Positions 50,520 through 61,759 of a stretch of 64,000 nucleotides of DNA are shown here, piece by piece; the first letter of the stretch is position 1; each line of letters opens with the position of its first letter. Location of the stretch: assembly GCA_030390025.1 (NCBI GenBank), contig CM059432.1:129706001-129770000 (forward strand), given 5' to 3'. The DNA is from Squalus acanthias (taxonomy: Eukaryota). Made by a program: the position numbers and the translations under genes. The notes under the pieces were generated by a model. The model was not told the origin of the DNA. It made no database searches and saw only the letters and a program-made list of their open reading frames with translations.

Positions 50520-52108
50520 TTATAAGTCCACTGACTCCCACAGCTACCTTGCCTACACTTCCTCCCACCTTGCTTCCTGTAAGGACTCGATTCCATTCTC
50601 CCAATTTCTCCATCTCCGTCGCATCTGTTCTGACGATGCCATCTTCCATACCAGTGCTTCCGATATGTCTTCCTTTTTCCTCAACTGAGGATTCCCTTCC
50701 ACCGTTGTTGACAGGGCCCTCGACCATGTCTGTTTCATTTCCCACACTTCTGCTTTCACCCCTTCTCCTCCCTCCCAGAACCATGATAGGGTCCTCATCT
50801 TCCATTCTCCACCATTTCCGCCACCTCCAGCGTGATCCCACCACCAAACACAACTTCCCCTCCCCTTTCAGCATTCCAAAGGGTCCGTTCATCCATGACA
50901 CCCTTGTCCACTCCTCAATCACCCCCAACACCCCGTCCCCTTCCCATGGCACCTTCCCGTGCAAGCAAAGGAGATGGGGGCAACACGGTGGCATAGTGGT
51001 TAGCACTGGTGCCTCACAGCGCCAGAGACCCGGGTTCGAATCTGACCTCGGGTGACTGTCTGTGTGGAGTTTGCACATTCTCCCCGTGTCTGCGTGGGTG
51101 TGCTCCGGTTTCCTCCCACAGTCCAAAAATGTGTGGGTTAGGTTGATTTGGCTATGATAAATTGACCCTTAGTGTTAGGGGGGATTAAATATGTGGGGTT
51201 ATGGGGATAGGATGGGATATGTTAGGGGGAATTAAATACGTGGGGTTACGGGGGTAGGGTGGGATATGTGTACTGTGGGGATTAAAGCAGGGACAGGGTA
51301 CTGGATTTGGATGATCAGCCATGATCGTATTGAATGGCGGAGCAGGCTCGACGGGCTGAATGGCCTACTCCTGCTCCTAGATTCTATGTTTCTAACACCT
51401 GTCTTTTTACCTCCTCCCTTACCACCGTCCAGGGCCCCAAACATTCCTTCCAGGTGAAACAACGATTTACTCACAATGCGGTCTCCTCTACATCGGCGAG
51501 ACCAAACGCAGATTGGGTGACCACTTTTGCAGAACACCTCCGTTCAGTCCGCAAGCGTAACCCTGAGCTACCGGTCGTCTGTCACTTTAATTCTCCGCCC
51601 CACTTCCACTCTGACCTCTCCAACCTCGGCCGCCTACACTGTTTCAATGAAGCTCAACGTAAGCTCGAGGAACAGCACCTCATCTTTGATTAGGCACTTT
51701 ACAGCCTTCTGGACTCAACATCGAGTTCAACAATTTCAGATCATAACCTCTGCCCCCATTTTTTCAGACAGCAGGTGCTGATTCTGCTATTCCCATTTAC
51801 ACCCATCTTTTGTTTCTTTACTTGTTCCATTGCAGCCCCCTTTTGCCTCGCTCCATCATCTCTTTCATCATTTAATCTTCCACCCTATCACATGCCTTCC
51901 CTTTTGTTCTCCCTCCCCCCCTTTCCCCGCCTCTGTACTTGCTTAAAACCTGTTACATCTCTAACGTTTTCCAGTTCTGACGAAAGGTCTTCGACCTGAA
52001 CGTTAACTCTGTTTCTCTCTCCCCAGATGCTGCCTGGCCTGCTGAGCATTTCCAGCATTTTCTGTTTATAGTTCAGATTTCCAGCATCTGCAGTATTTTG
52101 CTTTTATC
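50520..52108 (+). mobile_element. Penelope-like retroelement 3' fragment (RT C-terminus, GIY-YIG endonuclease remnant, pLTR)
   Basis: YKSTDSHSYL..SCKDSIPFSQFL.LRRICSDDA, then QGPKHSFQVKQRFT, YIGETKRRLGDHFAEHLRSVRK and PVVCHFN. Hammerhead-like motif at 51973-52008. Confidence 0.9.
50977..51394 (+). mobile_element. HE1-type V-SINE nested in the PLE
   Basis: tRNA head GGTGGCATAGTGGTTAGCAC..GGGTTCGAATC, V-domain TGTGTGGAGTTTGCACATTCTCCCCGTGTCTGCGTGGG, and a CR1-derived tail matching 9575-9650. Confidence 0.9.
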
Positions 52109-53042
52109 TTTTCTTTAGTATTTTGTCAACTGTTGGCATAATTTAATTATTTTTTGTGCTTGTGTGCAAAATGTATCTATTTTTGTCCGTGGTTATTGTT
52201 GTCCCTTTAAATCCAGTCACTACTTAAGCAGTCTTAAAACAAAGAATGAGGTTCAGATCTCTGTGCCAAACTTATGTTGATACATATGTTGCAAGGATGG
52301 TTCAAACTAGCTCCCGAATTGTCAAGTTGAGGGGACGAATCTTTGAACATGCACAGATGGTGTCATTCGTTCAGTTAAGTGCTTAACTGTCAACTGTTTT
52401 GAATTTGACTGTCAGTTATAAAAAATTCAGATGATCCATGCCAACTGGAGGAAAGAGTTTAGTGTCTGTATCTGTATCGAGCTATCAGAAAGTAGTCAAA
52501 CAGAATGGAAAAGATAAAATAAACAAGCTAATTCCCAATGTCAGACAAGATTGCAACAAAAGAAAAGGTCTACCTTCATAAAAGTTATCTATCAAATAGC
52601 TTTGCATTGGATTGCAACTTTTATTTTCCTTACTCGAGGAGTTAGATAAAAGATTACTGTAAAAATGTAACTGTGCTGTATCACTGTTGGATTATTCACT
52701 TGCTCACTGTTTACTAAATGAAACTTGCTATCTTCAATTCAAAAACAAGGTTTGATGCAATGTTCTACTGCTTTTGAGGACCGAAGTGAAAATTTATGGA
52801 GGTATAAGATAGTCCAATACCTATCAGCAATTATCAAACACGGTTTGCTGTTCATTCTCCTAGGCACATAAATGAAAGGCACTTTCAAAGATATAGATAG
52901 TTGGGACTCACTCGTGAGAGAAATGTAAGCAATGAGAGGCAAAATAATCTAGAGTAATGCCCAAAAACATAACAGCCTGTGTGAAGGAAATTGGAATGTT
53001 TTACCCTCCTTGCGCCCAACAACACAGCGAGCTCGCCAATAT

Positions 53043-53372
53043 AATACAGAAAATGCTGGAAATACACAACAGGTCAGGCAGCATCTATGGAGAGAGAAAC
53101 AGAGTTGGCGTTTCAGGTCAATGAAACATTAACATCAGAACTGGCAAAAGTTAGAGATGTAACAGGTTTTAAGCAAGTACAGAGAGGATAGGGGGAGGAA
53201 CAAAAGGGAAAGTCTGTGATAAGGTGGAAGGCAGGACAGATTAAATCACAAAAGGGATAATAGTGCAAGGCAGAAGGGGGCTGTAATGAAGTAAACAAGC
53301 AAAGAAACACAATATGGGTCTAGAGGAGCTGTAAATGGCAACAGCAGATTCATTACCAGTTACTGCTGTCTG
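53043..53372 (-). mobile_element. PLE pLTR fragment
   Basis: Reverse complement of ~51770-52070; hammerhead region degenerate. Confidence 0.8.
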
Positions 53373-54384
53373 AAAAAAGCTCTCTTCAAATGTTTTATTG
53401 CACAGAACAAATTGCTTGTAGTGTGGAAATGATCCCCCACACACTGCCTCAACAAACATCTTAGCCATCAGCCTTGGAGAACAGCCCCAGTGTTCCAACA
53501 TATTTCTATTTCTTCCACAACTTTTCTTTAGTGCTTCTCTGCATAAGATTGCCTGAATAATGCCAATAATACTGAACTATGTGCTTTCTGTGCTCTTGCT
53601 TCTACTGTGCACTGGTTAAATCTCAGTAAACTAATTTCATGTAACAGCATTAATGATCATCGTTGAGGTAATTTTTCATACTTTAGGCTGGCTGGAATTC
53701 ACATCCCGGTTGCAAGAGATCAATATTTACTCAGCGTGTTGCCTCATTTTTGCATTTCATTTTGTAATGATTCTTGACATAAGCTTGCAATAAGACTTTT
53801 AAATTGTACCGTTCGAATTAAATTGAAAGCAGATTTTAAATAAGTTGAAAGCTTTTCAACAATTTCTTTGCTCACTAATGTTCCCTTTCGAAACAGGTGT
53901 CAAAAGAACAAACAGAATGGTTGCCAAGCTATTGCTGTCAGCACTAAGCATAAAGCTGGCTACAATAGTGGCCATCAGGGATCGCTTGCTTACCCCCACA
54001 TATGTCTCAGCCATTTTGCATTTATTATACTGTTAGTAGAATTTGTAAAGTGCTCACTAATGTGCTTAATTCACGCAATACCCCACCTTCATTTAATAGT
54101 GGAACACCCCATATTGCAGTGGTGGTTTGATGCATTGATCTTGCGCAGATGGAACAGACATTGCTGGAGGGGCGAGAGAAAGGTACTGTCTTCAGTTAAA
54201 GGTGAGATGCCGCAATTTCTGTTGCCAAATTCTAGGTTTTGTTCACACCGTGGGAACTGTCTACAGCGCTCCACCGGCACTGGAATTGTCAGAGGAGGGC
54301 CAGCAATGAGCAGGAAAGGGCTGGCTGTGATGTCGGTGACACACAGGCACAACATCAAGCATCAGCCAGTTTGCTGCTCACAGA

Positions 54385-54385
54385 T

Positions 54386-54416
<31 letters not shown>

Positions 54417-54495
54417 GGCAGTCCCTCGGAACCGAAGATGACTTGCTTCCACATTAAAAATGAGTTCTCAGGTGACTGCTGAGTCCAATGCAGTC
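54385..54495 (-). mobile_element. Probable RTE-clade LINE 3' end with a (GAA)n tail
   Basis: (TTC)n directly followed by TTAGGCAGTCCCTCGG..GAAGATGACTTGCTTCCAC; family recognised by eye only. Confidence 0.45.
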
Positions 54496-54691
54496 ACAGA
54501 TAGGTCACGAAGGTCACAGTTACATTGTCGGTCGGGCCAACAACTCCATTACTTCTGCTGTTGGCCAGAAGGCAGCAACATGCAAGGACAACGCAACTCT
54601 CCAGACATGCTGGTTTTACTAGAGTCCAGAGGGTTATTAATTGCGCCCATATTGCTAGTCAGGCCCCTGTGCACATTGCTGTTCCTTACAC

Positions 54692-54962
54692 AAGATCCCA
54701 CGACACTATTCCAAAGAAGAGCAGGGGAATTCTCCCCGGTGTTCTGGCCAATATTTAACCCTCAACCAAAATCACTAAAACAGATGATCTGGTCATTATC
54801 TCATTGCTGTTTGTGGGATCTTGCTGTACGCAAATTGGCTGCCGTGTTTCCCTACATGACAACCATGACTACACTTCAAAAGCAATACATTGGCTGTAAA
54901 GCGCTTTGGGACGTCCTGAAGTCATGAAAAGTACTGTATAAAGGCCAGTATTTCTTTTTCCT
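54692..54962 (+). mobile_element. Deu-domain SINE, 5'-truncated
   Basis: AAGATCCCACGACACTATTCCAAAGAAGAGCAGGGGAATTCTCCCCGGTG through TAAAGCGCTTTGGGACGTCCTG. Confidence 0.85.
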
Positions 54963-56057
54963 TTTTAAATGATCTGAAAAGGATATTTCTGTATCTCAAT
55001 GTGAACATGGCAGGAGTAATTTTCTGAGCATGCACTGGCTCCTCGCAACTTTGCCCACTGCCAGCATTACTTGGAAAATGACCTCTGGCATGCAACCACC
55101 AGGATAGAATCAATTAGGTCATTGCTTGCTGCTCCAGAAGCACTCGCCATGCCTTCATTTTAAAGTAATCTGCTGTGACAACATTATTTGAAGGTGAGTA
55201 AAAATTGGAAAGATGGCTCTCATCAAGGAAAGCAAGTCTAACCTACGCAGTCATGACTCGTGACACCATGCACCAACCGCAGACAGAAGCAGAGCACATG
55301 TACAGCATAGGTCTTGCTGAATTATTATCATGGCTTTGGGATTCTGAACTAATCGGAGGGCAGCTTTACCCATCGGGGTTTCTGGAATCATCGATACCTG
55401 CTGCATGCTCCATCACTTCAAGAAAAGAGGCCTCAGTAAGCCGCTTGATGGCAGATTAAGAGGATAAAACTGCCAGAAAAGCAGCAAAGAAAACTGGTGT
55501 GGCAGATGTCTTCGAAGAAGCGCACAACTACACCATCTCTTAAAGGGGCCAAGTAAAGGTGCCCAAATGACCTTATCCGACATTTTCACGCTCAGTCTTT
55601 CATACATCCTCTGTTGCCACGTTCTGCTGGGCTTCTGCTATATTTGTAACCAATGGCAAAAAAAAAACATACAGCACAATGTTCAAGTTCAAGTGAGCCA
55701 TTTATTTCCTCTGTTACGCTGTGTGGGAATGTTGCTAGCTTGAGTTGGCACACTGCTGCCTCTTGGTGCTTGTGCTTAGATGAGTGATACTTCACTTACC
55801 ATTCCTGAGTGATTTTCTTGTCGAAGGAACAATTCGGCTGGCTGGCTGGCTCTGGGGTCTTGCTGGAATTTGTGAGACCCTAAACCTCCCTGGGCTGTGC
55901 ATTGGGTGGGACCTGCAAGCGAATCAACCATGTCACGGCTTGTGGCAGCTGATAGGCACTGCATGCTTTCAACCAGCTCCTCCCATGCTTAATGTAGCCG
56001 ATACTTCTGAGGGAAGGAGTGGTCAACAGTCCCATGAATTGCGTGCCTTCTCTCCCT

Positions 56058-56368
56058 GACTTGCATTTATATAGCGCCTTTCACGACCTCAAGACGTCCC
56101 AAAGCACTTTACAGCCAATGAAGTACTTTTGAAGTATAGTCACTGTTGGAATGTAGGAAACGCGGCAGCCAATTTGTGCACAGCAAGCTCCCACAAACAG
56201 CAATGTGATAATGACCAGATAAGCTGTTTTTAGTCATGTTGATTGAGGGATAAATATTGGCCAGGACACCGGGGAGAACCCCCCTGCTCTTCTTCAAAAT
56301 AGTGCCATGGAATCTTTTACATCCACCTGAGAGAATAGATGGGGGCTCGGTTTAACATCTCATTCAAA
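56058..56368 (-). mobile_element. Deu-domain SINE, 5'-truncated
   Basis: Same family as 4535-4842. Confidence 0.85.
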
Positions 56369-56587
56369 ATGTGGCAATGTAGCGGCAGTCTATTTTTTTT
56401 CATCCTAACAAATTTTTTCGGAGTTGCTTGTTTGAATGATGTGACGGGCCCTCACAACTGTCTTTACTCACTCTGTAACAATCAGTTCCACAGCAATTTT
56501 GCAGAGTAAATATTGACTTTTGCACTCCCAGTGATGTTTCAGGTGCTTAACTACTTCCTAACTGCAGTTCACAGCTGATTAAGAAGT

Positions 56588-57556
56588 GCAAAAGCAAAAT
56601 ACTACGGATGCTGGAAATCTGAAATAAAAACAGAAAATGCTGGAAATACTCAGCAGGTCAGGCAGCATCTGTGGATCGAGAAACAGAGTTATTGGCCCAA
56701 AAATTAGTCTCAGTACGCGAGAGTACGCACTGTGTACTCTCGCGTATTCTGTCTCCAATTGCCGGTTTTCTGCATGCACTGCGCATGCGCTGAAAACCGG
56801 CACTTGGTGAACTCAAAAGGGGGCGGTTCCTAAGTGAACCGCATGCGCGCTACAGGCTGCGCGCACGCAGTGCACTTAGTGCTTTTAACGCGCAGGTAAG
56901 CATGGAAGATTTTGCATATAAAGAAAGGAGGCGTAAGACCCTCTTTTAACAAGGTAAGTAGTTAATTAAGTATTATTTTAAAAAATTTTCAACAGGTATA
57001 TCTTTTTTAGAGACTTTAAAGAAAGGTAAGTTTATTTTTATAACTTTTAAAAAGATTTTAAATTTTTTCAAAAATGTAATTTTTTGTTTAAAGTGGTTAA
57101 TTTAATAAACTATACTTATTTTATTAACGTGATGGTTTTTAAAAAAAAATTAATTGAGGTTTAGCTGTTCTTTTGGGGGGGTATAGATTCCTAGCTTTGA
57201 CAGCCCTGGCTGTCAAAACTATGAATGAAAGATGGTGTGCTGCCATTGGCTCTAACTGAATCACGTGATCCCACAGCTCGCACGAATTAACTGCGTCTGT
57301 GGGATACGCACACACTGCACAGCTGCAGCCTTGAAACTAAAGTTTGTGTGAGCTCGGAAGGAAAAGGCAGGCGCGCAGTGAGATATCGCGGGGAAGCCTT
57401 ACCCCTGCAGGAAGGCTCCGTCTTTAATTTCTGGGCCAATGTTTCAGGTCGATGACCCTTTGTCAGAACTGGAAAAAGTTGGAGATGGAACAGGTTTTTA
57501 AGCAAGTGTAGGGGCAGGGAAAGGGGGGAGGGGAGGAAAGAACAAAAGGGAAAGTC
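56588..57556 (-). mobile_element. PLE pLTR fragment split by a MITE
   Basis: 56588-56693 and 57438-57556 rejoin into the reverse complement of ~51895-52105. Confidence 0.85.
56694..57437. mobile_element. Harbinger-type MITE (distant M1 relative)
   Basis: TIRs GGCCCAAAAATTA / TAATTTCTGGGCC, flanks ATT/AAT, AT-rich core with AAGGTAAGTTTATTTTT as in M1. Confidence 0.82.
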
Positions 57557-57557
57557 T

Positions 57558-59545
57558 AAGAACATAAGAACATAAGAAATAGGAGCAGGAGTAGGCCATT
57601 CGGCCCTTCGAGCCTGCTCCGCCATTCAATGAGATCATGGCTGATCTTCTGCCTCAACTCCATTCATAGGCCCTATCGCCATATCCCTTGATGCCCTTAT
57701 TAGTCAGAAATCTATCAACTTCTGTTTTGAATATACCCAATGACTGAGCCTCAACAGCCCTCTGGGGTAGAGAATTCCAAAGATTCATCACCCTCTGTGC
57801 GAAGAAATTTCTTCTCATCTCAGTCCTGAATGGTCTACCCTTTATCCTGAGGCTGTGGCCCCTGGTTCTAGACTCCCCAGCCAAGGGAAACATTCTCCCA
57901 GCATTCACCTTATCAAGCCCTGTAATAATTTTGTATGCTTCAATGAGATCCCCTCTCATTCTTCTGAATTCAAGAGAATACAGGCCTAGTTTACACAATC
58001 TCTTCTCATACGACAGTCCCGCCATCCCAGGAATCAATCTTGTGAACCTTCGTTGCACTCCCTCTATGGCAAGTATATCCTTCCTTAGGTAAGGAGACCA
58101 AAATTGTACACAGTACTCCAGGTGTGGTCTCACCAAGGCCCTATATAATTGGAGTAAGACTTCCTTACTCCTGTACACAAATTCTCTTGTAATGAAGGCC
58201 AGCATATCACTTGCCTTCCTAATGGCTTGCTGCACTTGCACATTCACTTTCAGTGACTCATGTACAAGGACACCCAGGTCCCTTTGAGCATCTGCATTCC
58301 CCAATCTTTCACCATTTAGGAAATACTCTGCCTTTCTGTTTTTTCTACCAAAGTGGATAACTTCACATTTATCCACATTATATTCCATCTGCCGTATTCT
58401 CGCCCACTCACTGAGCCTGTCGCGATCCCCTTGAAGCCTCTTCACATCCTCTTCACAACTGCCACCGCCACCTAGCTTTGTATCATCAGCAAATTTGGAA
58501 ATGTTACATTTAGTTCCCTCATCCAAATCATTGATATAGATTGTGATTAGCTGGGGCCCAAGTACCGATCCTTACGGTACCCCACTAGTCACAGCCTGCC
58601 ATCCTGAAAAAGACCCGTTTATCCCTACTCTTTGTTTTCTGTCTGTTAACCAATTCTCAATCCATGCTAGTATATTATCCCCAATTCCATGTGCCCTAAT
58701 TTTGTTCACCAACCTCTTGTGTGGGACCTCATCAAAGACCTTCTGAAAATCCAGATACACCACATCTACCGGTTCCCCTTTGTCTACTCCACTAGTTACA
58801 TCCTCAAAGAACTCCAATAGGTTTGTCAAACAGGATTTCCCTTTCATAAATCCATGTTGACTCTGCCCAATCTTACTATTAGTTTCTAAGTGCCCAGTTA
58901 TTGCATCCTTTATAATAGATTCCAGCATTTTCCCAACTACTGATGTGAGGCTAACAGGTCTGTAGTTCCCTGTTTTCTCTCTCCCTCCTTTCTTAAATAG
59001 CAGGGTTACATTTGCTATCCTCCAATCTGCAGGAACCGTTCCAGAATCTATAGAATTTTGGAAGATGACAACCAATGTGTCCACTATCCCAATGGCCACC
59101 TCTTTCAAAACCCTAGGATGTAGGTCATCCAGTCCTTGGGATTTATCGACTTATAGTCCATTAATTTTGCTAGTACTGTTTTTTTACTAATAATAATTTC
59201 TTTAAGATCCTCATTCTCACCACACCCTTGGTTTTCTCGTATTTCTGGGAGGTTTTTTGTGTCTTCCTCCGTGAAGACAGAAACAAAATATTTATTTAAT
59301 TTCTCTTTTCCTCATTCCCGATTATAAATTCTCCCGTCTCTGACTGTAAAGGATCTACATTTACCTTCGCCAGTCTTTTCCTTTTCACATACCTATAGAA
59401 GCTTTTACAATCCGTTTTTATATTTTTCGCTAGCTTGTGCTCATATTCCATTTTCCCTTTCTTTATCAATTTCTTGGTCCCCCTTTGCTGATTTCTAAAA
59501 CGATCCCAATCCTCAGGCTGACCGCTTTTTCTGGCAACTATATAA
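57558..59545 (-). mobile_element. CR1 LINE, 5'-truncated (RT and 3' end)
   Basis: ORFs 57654-58526 and 58572-59108 with KFADD, YRPVSLTS and QHGF; tail (AAGAACAT)n at 57558. Same family as 5590-9661. Confidence 0.95.
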
Positions 59546-61441
59546 GCTTTATAAGTCTGTGATAGGATGGAAGACAACTAATGCTACAGTAGGACCATCT
59601 ATATCGTCAGCATGATTATTAATAGTTTCCCATCATTTCATTGTTCAAAACAATACACTTGATGTGATCATACATGATTACTAACCTGTTTTAAAACAAG
59701 CTATTTAGAATGCCTGGTGACTGAGCAGGCTCTGCGAATGCTAATCTTGTACCTGTCCTTCCCAGTAATTAAGAGTGCAAGCTGAATAAAACCTAATTGT
59801 GTGGGACACAATACTGTATATGATTGATGAACAATTTGACCATTGTTTGTATGATATCATAACTTCCATCGCTTGAGTTCTGAGGCACAAAATTACATTT
59901 TTGCATTAATAAAAAAGCACATCTCCATGCACTTAGGATGACAAATAATGCAGAGTGGCCCTGAAATCATTTCCGAAACTGCATAAAAAATGAGACATTT
60001 TCAAAGCATATGGTTAAGTAGATCTATGAATTTTTCTGTCTGGCTCACAATAGCCTGACCCAGAATTGCAGAATAACCATCATTTATCTTAAAAGGTCAA
60101 GATCAGGTTGTGTTGCCAGCTAAGCTGTTACAGAGAATTTAAACATTTGATCTACAAACAAAAAGACTAGGCACAAGCACACAAAGCCATTGAGTGAGAG
60201 CAAGCTTCGTTCCGAAATGTGGCACTGTAGCTGCAGAATATTTTTTTTCATCCTAACAAATCTTTTTGGAGTTACTTGTTTGAATGATGTGCCTGGCGAT
60301 AAGAGTCATGACAAATTACCACAACAATATGGAAAGCGTGATATGCAGACTTTGTTTAACATGTTGACCCTGTTAAACAGCCAGTCTCCAATACAAGCTA
60401 CTTCTGTAATGGCTCTACTAATGGTATTGGCTTTGGGAGCGAAGGGCTTATCGAACAGATTCAAACAATAATTTCTTTCCATTTAATGAGAATTCTGTTA
60501 TAAGCAGCAATTTCCATCTGCCATAGTCTTACACACTGCCAATGCCCTTTGCACGCATTCTCCAAAAGGCTTAAAAAAGATATGGGTCTAAGGAGAAACA
60601 AAGGCAAACTGTAGAGCAACCATGATTTATGCTGTTTGATTGATGTTATTATTCACCTAAACTGAAGAACAGGAAAGCCAACCCGAGGCATTGCCTTTGG
60701 CAGAACAATGCTTCACTGATCAATCCAGTAGATACAGTTTGCATGGATGTACATAAACATGAAATCTTGCTGGATTTTTACTTTCATAATCTTTCCAAAA
60801 TAAATTTTAGCAAACTCTTTCATTCAGATTGCGTGTGCGTGTATATGTGTTTTTTTAATGGGTTGAAAGCCACTTTTTGTCATAATATCTGTACGTAAGA
60901 AAAGTCAACTTTTAGGAAACTGTTGGCATTATAATGTGGCAAGTAATCCAAAGGGAAAAGGGAGTGACATTTTAAAAATGCCTCTCTTATATTCGGAAAA
61001 TATCACAGCTTGCAAATTTCATGCATGCACCATTCAAATCATGTCTTGTTGTCGGAAATCACTGAGAAGGTAAGCACCACCGGGATTTATTATTCAAACT
61101 TTGGTTAATTATATCAAAATTAAACACTGAAATTAAATAACAAATGGTGCATTGAGCAGCCTTTGCATAAGTCTGTACTTGAATTGTTTTTCCATTCTGA
61201 AATGAATACTTTGGAAACCGAAAGGTATAGGGTTCTAGCCCAGGCAGGACCTTTGAGCCTGATGTGGCGCTTCAATTTCTTTTTCTATTAATATTTTCTT
61301 CCCTTTTTATTTCTAGATACCCCACTGCTGCCTGCTGCTGTCACATTCTCTCTGTCAGATGGGAGAATCGGATGGTTATAGACGCAGACTTGATGGGATG
61401 AATGCCCTTTTATTACTGCATGCTTCTTTCTGTTCTTATAG

Positions 61442-61537
61442 ATGACCCAGCCATGTGACCTCTGGGAGCTGTTGTTGATGCTGAACACTATTGCAGATTC
61501 CCTGAAAAAAAAGTTGAAAGGCGAAGTCAACAGCCAG
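61442..61537 (+). CDS. Candidate 96-bp internal exon of an unidentified host gene (MTQPCDLWELLLMLNTIADSLKKKLKGEVNSQ)
   Basis: Pyrimidine-rich acceptor CTTCTTTCTGTTCTTATAG, open phase 0-0 frame, donor CAG|GTACAA (weak). Lies in repeat-poor sequence; protein not recognised. Confidence 0.3.
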
Positions 61538-61759
61538 GTACAAGCTTGAATCATTTCTTAAAATTCAAATACAATTTTCTTTAGGTCGATTTTTATGCGT
61601 ATCAAAGTACAGGATGGAAATGTTGTCAAAAAGAATATTTTTTCTATATTTTGGCATTAGTCTAATCCTTGCCCAACATACTGAGGTATGCACTTTAAAG
61701 AAGGAATCACTGGATAATAGTCAGGATCAGGAGCCTGGGTTACAGAATTTCAAAATCAA

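Noticed and set aside
50977..51050. tRNA gene
   Set aside because: It is the tRNA-derived head of a V-SINE, followed by the V-domain and a CR1 tail.
53100..53145. Additional hammerhead on the minus strand
   Set aside because: The core box and stem II are disrupted (CTGATGTT..), so it is unlikely to be functional.
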